Assembly: GCA_937949245.1 (NCBI GenBank)
Contig: CALEEC010000416.1
Span: 1 to 28,172, forward strand
Direction: 5' to 3'
Origin: an uncultured Gemmataceae bacterium
GTDB lineage: Bacteria > Planctomycetota > Planctomycetia > Gemmatales > Gemmataceae
DNA: 28,172 nucleotides
Each line of letters opens with the position of its first letter. The first letter of the stretch is position 1. The notes beneath the pieces were generated by a model, which searched no databases, was not told the DNA's origin, and was given only the letters and a program-made list of their open reading frames with translations. The position numbers and the translations under genes were made by a program. Positions 8,827 through 16,733 of the stretch are shown here, piece by piece.

Positions 8827-9441
8827 ATGGATCGATTGGTCATTTTGCTGCGTCATCCCGAAGTGGCGGCCCAAGGGAGGTGTTATGGCATCACCGAGGT
8901 GCCCTGGAGCCAGCGCGGACATAAGCAAATGATCGAGTTGACCAAGCGTTGGGGCGAAGAACGGTTCGATGCGATCTTCCACAGTGGCTTGAGCCGTTGT
9001 TCGCTCGTGGCCCAGGCTATCGCGCAACAACATCGCGTGCCAGTGCCAGTTTATGAAGATCACCGTTTGCGCGAGCGGCATTTCGGTGTCTGGGAAGGTC
9101 GATGGTGGGACGACATCTATGCCGAAACCGGCGATGCCATGCTGGGCATGATCCGCGACCCGCAAGCCTGGCGTCCGCCTGGAGGAGAGACGACCTTCGA
9201 GTTACGCGATCGAGTTTGGGCATGGTGGAACGATTTGCCGAGCAATGGTCGCTGGTTGGTCATCAGTCACGGTGGACCGATCGCGGCATTGCTCGGAACG
9301 CTGACAAGGCTCCCCGTGGAACAATGGCCCCGTCTCATTCCCCCACCAGCCACCACGATCGAAGTGCATGCCTGCATGAAAGACGATTCCGCCGACGATT
9401 CCTCAACCTCAATGCTTACCGTGATCGTGCATCCTCGCTGA
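8827..9441 (+). CDS. cobC: Histidine-phosphatase (phosphoglycerate-mutase) family protein, by context alpha-ribazole-5'-phosphate phosphatase
   Basis: N-terminal LLRHPE (RHG-type catalytic His motif) and …ISHGGPI… second His motif. 204 aa. 6 nt downstream of cobS. Confidence 0.7.
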   Translation: MDRLVILLRHPEVAAQGRCYGITEVPWSQRGHKQMIELTKRWGEERFDAIFHSGLSRCSLVAQAIAQQHRVPVPVYEDHRLRERHFGVWEGRWWDDIYAETGDAMLGMIRDPQAWRPPGGETTFELRDRVWAWWNDLPSNGRWLVISHGGPIAALLGTLTRLPVEQWPRLIPPPATTIEVHACMKDDSADDSSTSMLTVIVHPR

Positions 9442-9522
9442 AGGGCTGAGCAACACAGAGCATCGGTGGTTGCCGAGTTCGCGCGTTCGACAGAGAGGGG
9501 ATTACGATGCTCTCCGAGCGGA

Positions 9523-10911
9523 CTACGGCAATCGTGGTCGGGGCGGATACGCAGTCGGATAACTGGGCGGGGGGATCGGATTGTTCGGCAGCGGGGCGAA
9601 GGGAGATTCTTTCAAGCCACCGCTAGGCCGAACCGCTCCGCCGATGCCGATCAATTCGGGATGCCGGGCCAGTTTGTCGGCGAACGTCTCAAAGTCCTGC
9701 AAGATGCGATCGACGCGTGGCAGAACTTTGTTGATAGAACTGATGGTGTCGGTCAGCGCATGATACAGTTTGGAGTCGGTCAGCAGCATTTGCACCGTCC
9801 CTTCCGCTCGGCCGATGGCACGGGCCAGTTCGCGGATTTCGCTAAGCGCTGCATCGAGGTTCCGCGAGGCCGACTCGATGTTCTTTGTAACTTCCTCGGC
9901 ACGATCGCCCAAAGGTTTGGTGAACCGTTGAATGTCTTTGATGACCAATTCGACCTCGGGAAGATTCTTGTTGACGCTCTGGACGGTTTTGCTCGTATCT
10001 TGCAGGACGTTGTTGAGGGTGACGGCCACCTGGTTTAAGGTCGAGGCAATGTCATTGGCTTGCCGTAGCAGATTGGCAATTTGTCTCTGATTATCGGGGG
10101 TAAAAGTTTGTCCGATGGCATCGACGGTGGTTCGGAACGATTTCAGGGTGGTGTTGAGGACCGAGTCATCCTTCTGAATCAGTTCCTGCACATCGCGTGC
10201 GACTCGGTCGAAGTTAGCCAAGGTGATGCGTGCTTGCTCGGCGGTAGCGCGAACTTCCGGTCCGACACTCTTGAAAGCCGCGACCGTATCGCGAATGGTG
10301 TCGTTGGTGCGTCGCAATTCGGGGGCAATCTCGCGTGCGGTTCGGGTGAGATCTCGCACTTCTGTGAGGGTGTCTTTGAACGCCGGAATCAGCTCATCGA
10401 GTTTCTGGACCGAACGGCGGATTTGTTCCAACGATGCCTGCGCGGTCGGCAGCACGTCGGAAGCCTGGGTAAACAGTTCACGAGCATCGGGAGGTGGGAG
10501 GCCGACTAAGGTGCTGCCCACAGGGATGGGATCGCCCAGATCGGGCGATTTCCGTTCTTCGCTCCGCGGAATCAGGTCAATCGACGCGTCCCCCCCTAAG
10601 AGACTCCGCGACAACGCGGCGGTTTCTTTGCTCCGTGGCGGGTAGCGCGGATCGATCTTCACATGAATGCGGACCTGTCCGGTGGTCGGATCGAGTTCCA
10701 ACGAATCGACTTCGCCAATCTTCACTCCCGAACGGCGAATCGGCGTCCCGGGATTGATTCCCGTCGCATCGGGGAACAAGAACGTGTAACGATCGCGACG
10801 CTCGAACAAACTCGGCGCTCCGCCGAACAGTATGACCAAGCCGCCAAGTAGGATCAAGCACCCCGCCACGAACAGACCAAGGCGAAATTTCAGGGTACGT
10901 TCGTTGCTCAT
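9523..10911 (-). CDS. MCE/MlaD-family protein with a long C-terminal helical extension and Pro-rich tail
   Basis: N-terminal TM (LGLFVAGCLILLGGLVILFGG). An MCE domain follows (…YTFLFPDATGINPGTPIRRSGVKIGEVDSLELDP…VRIHVKIDP…). Then ~300 aa of heptad-like helical sequence. C-terminal PLPNNPIPPPSYPTAYPPRPRLP. Confidence 0.75.
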   Translation of the reverse strand: MSNERTLKFRLGLFVAGCLILLGGLVILFGGAPSLFERRDRYTFLFPDATGINPGTPIRRSGVKIGEVDSLELDPTTGQVRIHVKIDPRYPPRSKETAALSRSLLGGDASIDLIPRSEERKSPDLGDPIPVGSTLVGLPPPDARELFTQASDVLPTAQASLEQIRRSVQKLDELIPAFKDTLTEVRDLTRTAREIAPELRRTNDTIRDTVAAFKSVGPEVRATAEQARITLANFDRVARDVQELIQKDDSVLNTTLKSFRTTVDAIGQTFTPDNQRQIANLLRQANDIASTLNQVAVTLNNVLQDTSKTVQSVNKNLPEVELVIKDIQRFTKPLGDRAEEVTKNIESASRNLDAALSEIRELARAIGRAEGTVQMLLTDSKLYHALTDTISSINKVLPRVDRILQDFETFADKLARHPELIGIGGAVRPSGGLKESPFAPLPNNPIPPPSYPTAYPPRPRLP

Positions 10912-11272
10912 CGTGGACCTCGTTCATATGCTAGGGAGCCTGAAAAGTCCCCGACAGCACTTCGCCGCGATGGAGTACCGGCTATCTTTTATCGGCCGAA
11001 TCAATGGGGGAAAACACCTCGTGACGATTTTTTCGGTTCTACATGCAACTTCATCGGGACAAGGTCAGGATCATGATTCGTCAATTGCAATAGGGCATCG
11101 ATTCCTACGCAGCGGAAAATTCGCGGAGCAAATCGGAGAATCCGCTCAAGTCTTCGGGTCGGCACAACCGATACGCTTAAGGATGCGGGATGACGGCGAA
11201 TTGCACGGACCGTATTCCCAGCGATCTGAGGATTCGTGTATGACCCCCGCTCCTCACGAAAGGAGAAGACGC

Positions 11273-12727
11273 ATGGCCCGAATCCGTTCGAGCCTGCTCC
11301 TTTTGCTGTTGTGCGGAACTTGGGGCGTCCCGGAACCTTGTTTCGCCCAAGGGGAGCTGGTGCCGACGTATTCCAACATTCGTTCCTTACGCATCGGCTT
11401 TGGCATCGATCAAAGCCGCAAGATCCAAGAAATTCGCTTGTATGCCTCGTGGAATAAAACGCCTTGGGTGAAGGTCGGTACGGCACTGCCGACGCACCGA
11501 GCTTTCGAGTTCAAAAGTGATCGGGATGGCGAGTTCGAGTTCGCCGTCCAGGTCGTCTACGAAGGCGGGGCCATCGAGCCGCCAGTCCATGCGTTGCGGC
11601 CGTATCAGAAGGCGATTATCGACACAACGGCTCCGAATGTGGTGATGCGTCCGATCCAAGGTTCCGGCAATCAACCGGGGATCGAATGGGAAGTTCGCGA
11701 CGCGAACTTGGATGCCAGTAGCCTACGCTTGGAGTACCGTTGGCCCGGTCAGAATGATTGGATTCAATTTCCCGAAGCGATCAGTCCTCGTGGTTCGACC
11801 ACTTGGCCGCTCAGTCCGGGGCAGCGCTTGGAGGTGCGCATCTTGGCCGCAGACTTGGCCAAGAATCGTACCGTCTCCAATACGTTGACGATTCCGGGCA
11901 ACATCGGCAGCGAGATTCAGTCGGGCGGAGCACCACCGACCAGCCGTCCTGGAAGTGGAGGCTCTCTAGGCGGAAGTCTGTACCCGAACGCGAATGCGGG
12001 AGTGGCCCCACCCGCGAATATGTTTTTCGTGCCGAGTCGGAATATCGTTCTGACGGTAGGGGTGGTGAAGGAAGGCCCGTCGAAGATCGTCAGTCGGGAA
12101 CTGTGGGTCAAACCTGCCAATCGGGAATGGCACAAAGCCCCCCGGGAGCCACGGCAGTTGCCCGCAGACGATGGCAAACCGGATCGGCTCAAGCTGGTTT
12201 ACGAAGCGGAGGGGGACGGTCTGTACGGCTTCACGGTAGTGGCCAAAAGTGGGGTGGGGATCAGCGGACGGATTCCGCAGCAGAACGATGCACCGCAAGT
12301 GTATGTCGAAGTAGACACGGTCAAGCCAGTGGTCAAATTCAAGGATGTGAAAGTGATTCCCGGAGCAGAGAATCACAACGTGGTGCGGATTACTTGGGAA
12401 GCCAGCGATAAAAACCTCCTCCCTGATACGCCGATCAATCTGGAATTCGCTACCGATCCGAAGGGGCCGTGGGAAGAAATCGCTATGCGGCAGCCCAACA
12501 GCGGTTTCTACGAATGGACCCCGCCTTACCGTCCGCCTTATCGCTACTGGATTCGTATTCGCGCCGTCGATCGTGCTACCAACGTCGGCGAAGCGATCTG
12601 GAAAGAGCCGGTGACGATTGATCTGGAGGTGCCCGAGGTGCAGATTTTCGATGTGTCTCCGATGACCTCAGACCCGGCATCCAACAATCAAGCCAATCCT
12701 AATCCTGGCTTGGTGCTACCGCAGTAG
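11273..12727 (+). CDS. Secreted protein composed of ~4 tandem beta-sandwich (Ig/FN3-like) repeats, with a Gly/Ser/Pro-rich linker
   Basis: Start moved to ATG 11273 (AGGAGAAG RBS). It gives a classic signal peptide, MARIRSSLLLLLLCGTWGVPEPCFAQG. A recurring module W-x-(A/V)-x-D-x-NL…L-(E/R)-(Y/F)…W…(I/V)RA-x-D-x-A-x-N is visible four times. The track's upstream extension to 10832 would overlap the mlaD-like gene. Confidence 0.6.
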   Translation: MARIRSSLLLLLLCGTWGVPEPCFAQGELVPTYSNIRSLRIGFGIDQSRKIQEIRLYASWNKTPWVKVGTALPTHRAFEFKSDRDGEFEFAVQVVYEGGAIEPPVHALRPYQKAIIDTTAPNVVMRPIQGSGNQPGIEWEVRDANLDASSLRLEYRWPGQNDWIQFPEAISPRGSTTWPLSPGQRLEVRILAADLAKNRTVSNTLTIPGNIGSEIQSGGAPPTSRPGSGGSLGGSLYPNANAGVAPPANMFFVPSRNIVLTVGVVKEGPSKIVSRELWVKPANREWHKAPREPRQLPADDGKPDRLKLVYEAEGDGLYGFTVVAKSGVGISGRIPQQNDAPQVYVEVDTVKPVVKFKDVKVIPGAENHNVVRITWEASDKNLLPDTPINLEFATDPKGPWEEIAMRQPNSGFYEWTPPYRPPYRYWIRIRAVDRATNVGEAIWKEPVTIDLEVPEVQIFDVSPMTSDPASNNQANPNPGLVLPQ

Positions 12728-12760
12728 TGCCGAGCGAGTCGCTCCTCACCACCTTCTCGT

Positions 12761-12880
12761 GGGCGAGGCAAGCATCCCGCATCATTTTGGGGCGGGGCGC
12801 AAGCATGCTGCGCCGTTTGGGGGCGAGGCAAGCATCCCACACCATTTGGGGGGCGGAGCAAACATGCCTCACCGTTTTTT
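12761..12880. repeat. Four imperfect ~30-bp tandem direct repeats filling the gap between convergent genes
   Basis: Units at 12761-12790, 12791-12820, 12821-12850, 12851-12880. Consensus ~GGGCGAGGCAAGCATCCCRCAYCATTTTGG. Unit 2 contains the hairpin GGCGCA-AGCATGC-TGCGCC. The last unit overlaps the final codons of the HflC-like gene. Confidence 0.7.
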
Positions 12881-13810
12881 GGGAGCGGGAGGCACGCTGA
12901 GCGAGATGCCCTCTTGCGATAGTTCGCGGTCTAGCGGAATGAAGGTCGCACGCTTCTCCCTGAGCGTGGCAATGATCTTCTCCGTTTCTTCCCACCAGAT
13001 GGCGCTGAGTAATTGCGGATTGTTCTGACGGAGCCGTTGGAACTGTTCGGCCCGTTCACGGAAAGCCTGGGCTTCCGCCAACGCTTGGTCTTTCACCGAC
13101 TCGACGTAAGCGGAAGTGAGTTGTTCCAGACGGTACTTTTCCGAAAGTGCTTGGCGTTCGCGTTGCTTGGCTTCTTGGCGGGCATTCGATTCTTGGGTAC
13201 GCATCGTGGTTTGGGCGCGATTGACTTCTTGGAAGGCGTTCAGCACCGGTTCAGGAGGTTGCAAATAACTCACGTTGGCTTGCTGGACACGGACGCCCAG
13301 GCGATAAGGTTCGAGCCGCTGTTGCAGTCGTTCGATTAGCCAAGTGGGGAGGGCGGCATTGCCGGTGAGCAAGACTTCATCGACGCGGTGTCCGGCCGTC
13401 CATTCTGCGAGGAGGGATTCCGTTTGCCGGGCCAAGACCGCTTCCACGCGATCCCGATGCAGGAAGTAATCTTCCAATGCTTGGTCGGTTTCCGCGACGC
13501 GATAATCGAGGGTCACTTGCACGTCGACAAGGTTCCGATCGCCGGTCAGCAATTGTCCTGCGGGGGTCGGCTGGCCGAGCAGGTCGCTGGTAGGCTCGAA
13601 TCCCACCGTCAAACGTCTTACCGAAGCAATCGAGATGCGATGCACTTGGTCGATGCCATAGGGCAGGCCGATCCAGAGTCCCGGTCCGGGTTTGGCGACA
13701 ATGCGTCCCCACCGCTGCACGATCGCTCGTTCTTCCGGTCGAATTTGCGCGATGCCGGTGCTGAAGTAGCCGAGCACAAGCAAAAGCAGGAGCCAATAAC
13801 GTCCTTTCAT
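12869..13810 (-). CDS. SPFH/band-7 domain protein, HflC-like member of an HflK/HflC pair
   Basis: N-terminal TM (YWLLLLLVLGYFSTGIA) directly followed by an SPFH domain (…RAIVQRWGRIVAKPGPGLWIGLPYGIDQVHRISI…). C-terminal coiled coil. ATG overlaps the upstream stop by 4 nt (ATGA at 13807-13810). Confidence 0.8.
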   Translation of the reverse strand: MKGRYWLLLLLVLGYFSTGIAQIRPEERAIVQRWGRIVAKPGPGLWIGLPYGIDQVHRISIASVRRLTVGFEPTSDLLGQPTPAGQLLTGDRNLVDVQVTLDYRVAETDQALEDYFLHRDRVEAVLARQTESLLAEWTAGHRVDEVLLTGNAALPTWLIERLQQRLEPYRLGVRVQQANVSYLQPPEPVLNAFQEVNRAQTTMRTQESNARQEAKQRERQALSEKYRLEQLTSAYVESVKDQALAEAQAFRERAEQFQRLRQNNPQLLSAIWWEETEKIIATLREKRATFIPLDRELSQEGISLSVPPAPKKR

Positions 13811-14928
13811 GGTGTTTTGTTCTCGGGAGGCAGGGGCATCGGCGTGGTGAGCATGGGCACAGCGGGTGTGCCTTTGTTCGACGGCATCTGAAACAACCAG
13901 CGAAACGGCCCCTGCGTCGTCGATAGCAGAAACGTAGCGGTAGAGTCCGAAAACAGTTCGCGTAACGCCTTGCGTTCGCGTAGCATGGCGTAGAATTCGG
14001 GGTCGAGGGCGTGAGCCTGATTGCGAATCCGGTCAGCTTCGATATCCGCTTGATCTTTGCGGAGTTGACTTTGGATCGCGGCCGAGCGTTCAATGGTCTG
14101 GCTACGGGCTTCGGCTTCCGCGGTGATCGCGTCGGCGCGTTCCCGGCCTTGGGTGGCGTAGTCGGTCGCTTTGAGCATGCGATCGCTCTTGATGCGTTCA
14201 TAAATGCTGGGCCGCACCGTCTCGGGATAATTGAAGCGGCGCAGACGGACATCGACCAACTCGATGCCGTAGGTGGCAGCCACTTCGCGGAGCTTTTCGG
14301 TTTTTTCTTCCTCCCCGGCACGAATCGCTTCCAATCCGAGCAGTTGCCGGCGAATCCGTTCCATCCGGCGATCGATCGATTCCAAATTGCGTGCTTGCGC
14401 CCAATCTCGCCAAGCGGGGAGCTCCATGACGGGGCTGGCAGCAACCCCGACAATAGTGCCAACGGTCGTGCCAATATCGTCTACTTGAATCAGGTCGTCG
14501 AACGGCATGCGACTGATGACAGCCGCCAAGCGATTGCGAATACGGGAGCCCAGCACTTGCTTGGCTTGTTCTGCGGTGCCTACGGTGCGTACGAAGCGAT
14601 CGACCGAGTCGGCGTCGGGGATGCGCCAACAAACATACGCATCGACGGCGATGGTTTTGTCGACGGTGCTGTTGAGTCGATCGCGGGTCAGGGTTTCGGT
14701 GGGAGTCAGGTCGAAAATCTGCAATCGGCGATCGACCCGCTGAACCGCTTCGATGGGCCAAGGGAACTTGAAGTGCAAGCCTGCTTCGGTGTCACCATCG
14801 CGGGTGACGATCGGCTGGCCAAAGCGGGTTACATAGGCGTATTCTGTTTTGTCTACAGTGTAAGCGGCAGAGATCGCCCAAGGAATGAGGAGCAACGGTA
14901 AGCCATACATCAGCACAAAGCGGCGCAT
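13807..14928 (-). CDS. SPFH/band-7 domain protein, HflK/HflC family (upstream partner)
   Basis: N-terminal TM then …YAYVTRFGQPIVTRDGDTEAGLHFKFPWPIEAVQRVDRRLQ… SPFH core. Long Glu/Arg-rich coiled coil. ATG at 14928 with a GAGGGA RBS. Confidence 0.8.
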   Translation of the reverse strand: MRRFVLMYGLPLLLIPWAISAAYTVDKTEYAYVTRFGQPIVTRDGDTEAGLHFKFPWPIEAVQRVDRRLQIFDLTPTETLTRDRLNSTVDKTIAVDAYVCWRIPDADSVDRFVRTVGTAEQAKQVLGSRIRNRLAAVISRMPFDDLIQVDDIGTTVGTIVGVAASPVMELPAWRDWAQARNLESIDRRMERIRRQLLGLEAIRAGEEEKTEKLREVAATYGIELVDVRLRRFNYPETVRPSIYERIKSDRMLKATDYATQGRERADAITAEAEARSQTIERSAAIQSQLRKDQADIEADRIRNQAHALDPEFYAMLRERKALRELFSDSTATFLLSTTQGPFRWLFQMPSNKGTPAVPMLTTPMPLPPENKTP

Positions 14929-15006
14929 CGAGCCATCCCTCAGAAACTAGCACCAGGGGCTATGACGGATTCTAACAAACCCAAGGTGTTCGGACAGCTA
15001 GCCAAT

Positions 15007-16656
15007 TTATCCGGGGGGATGATCTTCGCCACGAAGTCGGCTGCCAGCTTGTTCCAAGATGTGATGCGCCATCTGATTGGCACTGTATCCCGCGGGCAGA
15101 CGCACGAAAGGTTTGCCGTATTTGTCCGCGATTTCACAGGCACGGGTGAAATCGTGGCTGGCCCAACGAATGGCAAGCACCACGACGGCGACATCTTCGC
15201 GACCAATCATGGGTTCAAAGGTCGTATACGACTGATGCTGTTTGGTGGGTATCCAGATGAGTTCGCTCAGGTCGAAGGCGGATTCCAAGGCTTGCCGCGT
15301 CTCGGGGCGTTCGTCGCCACCAATCAGGACCAAAGCGCGTTTCCGGAGCAATTCGCGGAGTTGTTGCACCTTCTCAGACAAAGGAGCGGCTGAATCGTCT
15401 TCTTCGTCGGGTTCGGAGCGTTCCGTCACACTTTGTCGAAACCGCTCAATTTCTCGCACGACCAGTTGCATCGAACGCGGCAGCGCGTCCACTGGTCGCG
15501 GCAATTTGTCGATGATGGGCAATAGAAAATCGCGGATTTCCTTGCTCGACGGGGGAGTACCTCCTTCCAGCAGTCCTTCGATCGCGTGGAAGATGCCCTC
15601 CCAATCTTCGGTGTGATCGATCAGCGGATGATCGAGGATCAGACCGGTGCGATGCTTCAACTTGCTAAGCAATTTCTTGCGATGCACCGCTTGTTTGTTC
15701 ACTTGGCCGAATTCCTCGGCTAGTTCTTCAATTTTTTGGCGGATGGCGAGCGAACCGCGAGGATCGGCGTAACTCTCCCGACGCATGTAGTTCGGTATGG
15801 GAATGTGCCGTGCCTTGCCACAATCTAGCAGCCAAAAGTACATGTCCATCTGATCGCGGTCTTTCTCGACTCGGAATTCCTTGGCGGCCCAGCGAAGTTG
15901 GCATTGTGCCTCGGCCGACAGATACAACGCCAGACGAACCTTTTCATCGGTGACGTGGGGGTTGTGAACCATTTTCAGCAGCATTTCGGCGGCAGCCGCG
16001 ACGGTTTCGTAGCAGACCGCCAATAGCTCGTAAGCACTGCGATCGAGCGGCGTGGGGGTTTCCGGGTGAGAGGTCCACAAGAAGCAATCGCGTTCGGCCC
16101 GGGCTTTGTTGAGGATCTCCTCGTCGCGGGGGGCAATAACGCGCTTGAAATCGACCCCTTGGCTCAGAAGGCGTTGTCGTTCGCCGGCCCAACGAGCGCC
16201 TTCGGCTTTCAAGCGACAACGTCGCGTGATCAAGCGCAAAATTTCTTCCAGGGGTTCGACTCCGTGTGGTCGGCGATCTGCCAACGATTCGGAAGGAGAT
16301 TCCCCACCGCGTGACCGGGGGGGCAATTCCACGATGGGAAAATGGCTCCAACTGCTTGAGATGCCCAATTGGGCCGCCAGCGATGAACGCGGCCGATCTT
16401 CTCCCCCGGCAATAGCAGGCGGAGTGGCAGCGGTTGGCATCCCCGAAGTCGCGGCCGAGGTCGAGCGGGGCGAGGGGGAGGCCTCAACAACGGTCGTATT
16501 CGGCGGGGCAGCCAAACGTTTTTCGGCAGGTTCGGCCAACTCCAACAGAGTTCGCCCCAACACCACCAAGAACCGACGCAAGGCTTCATCTTGGGCCGCT
16601 TGAGCCTGCCAGCGTTGGGCCAAAGGTTCTAAAGCTGCAATTAAATCTGCAAACAT
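15007..16656 (-). CDS. Hypothetical cytoplasmic protein (549 aa) whose C-terminal ~100 aa resemble DUF2325
   Basis: ATG 16656 (MFADLIAALEPL…) preferred over the track's TTG at 16737, which would overlap the upstream stop (TTGA). C-terminus …RALVLIGGDERPETRQALESAFDLSELIWIP…DVAVVVLAIRWASHDFTRACEIADKYGKPFVRLPAGYSANQMAHHIL matches, from memory, the DUF2325 pattern (vlivGG … Dlvvv…vSH… ak..gkP.v). It has a Pro/Ser/Ala-rich low-complexity N-terminal segment. Co-oriented between the ATPase-SPFH fusion and hflK/C. Confidence 0.55.
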   Translation of the reverse strand: MFADLIAALEPLAQRWQAQAAQDEALRRFLVVLGRTLLELAEPAEKRLAAPPNTTVVEASPSPRSTSAATSGMPTAATPPAIAGGEDRPRSSLAAQLGISSSWSHFPIVELPPRSRGGESPSESLADRRPHGVEPLEEILRLITRRCRLKAEGARWAGERQRLLSQGVDFKRVIAPRDEEILNKARAERDCFLWTSHPETPTPLDRSAYELLAVCYETVAAAAEMLLKMVHNPHVTDEKVRLALYLSAEAQCQLRWAAKEFRVEKDRDQMDMYFWLLDCGKARHIPIPNYMRRESYADPRGSLAIRQKIEELAEEFGQVNKQAVHRKKLLSKLKHRTGLILDHPLIDHTEDWEGIFHAIEGLLEGGTPPSSKEIRDFLLPIIDKLPRPVDALPRSMQLVVREIERFRQSVTERSEPDEEDDSAAPLSEKVQQLRELLRKRALVLIGGDERPETRQALESAFDLSELIWIPTKQHQSYTTFEPMIGREDVAVVVLAIRWASHDFTRACEIADKYGKPFVRLPAGYSANQMAHHILEQAGSRLRGEDHPPG

Positions 16657-16733
16657 ATGGCTAACCTTTCTACTTCCTTCGGTCCCAGAAGCACATCGGT
16701 TCTTGACGGCCGAACAACGCAGCAAACAAGCCC

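Noticed and set aside
9466-10645. Plus-strand ORFs (190, 142, 140 aa) opposite the MCE gene
   Set aside because: They lie antisense to a gene with a clear MCE domain. No start-site support.
10832-11272. Upstream extension of the secreted-protein ORF to 10832
   Set aside because: It would overlap the divergent MCE gene's 5' end. The ATG at 11273 has an RBS and produces a textbook signal peptide.
12761-12880. CRISPR array
   Set aside because: The repeats are directly abutting with no spacers. There are only 4 degenerate copies and no cas genes.
13377-14474. 365-aa minus-strand ORF spanning the hflK/hflC junction
   Set aside because: It is out of frame with two well-supported SPFH genes. The translation is Arg/Pro/Cys-rich nonsense.
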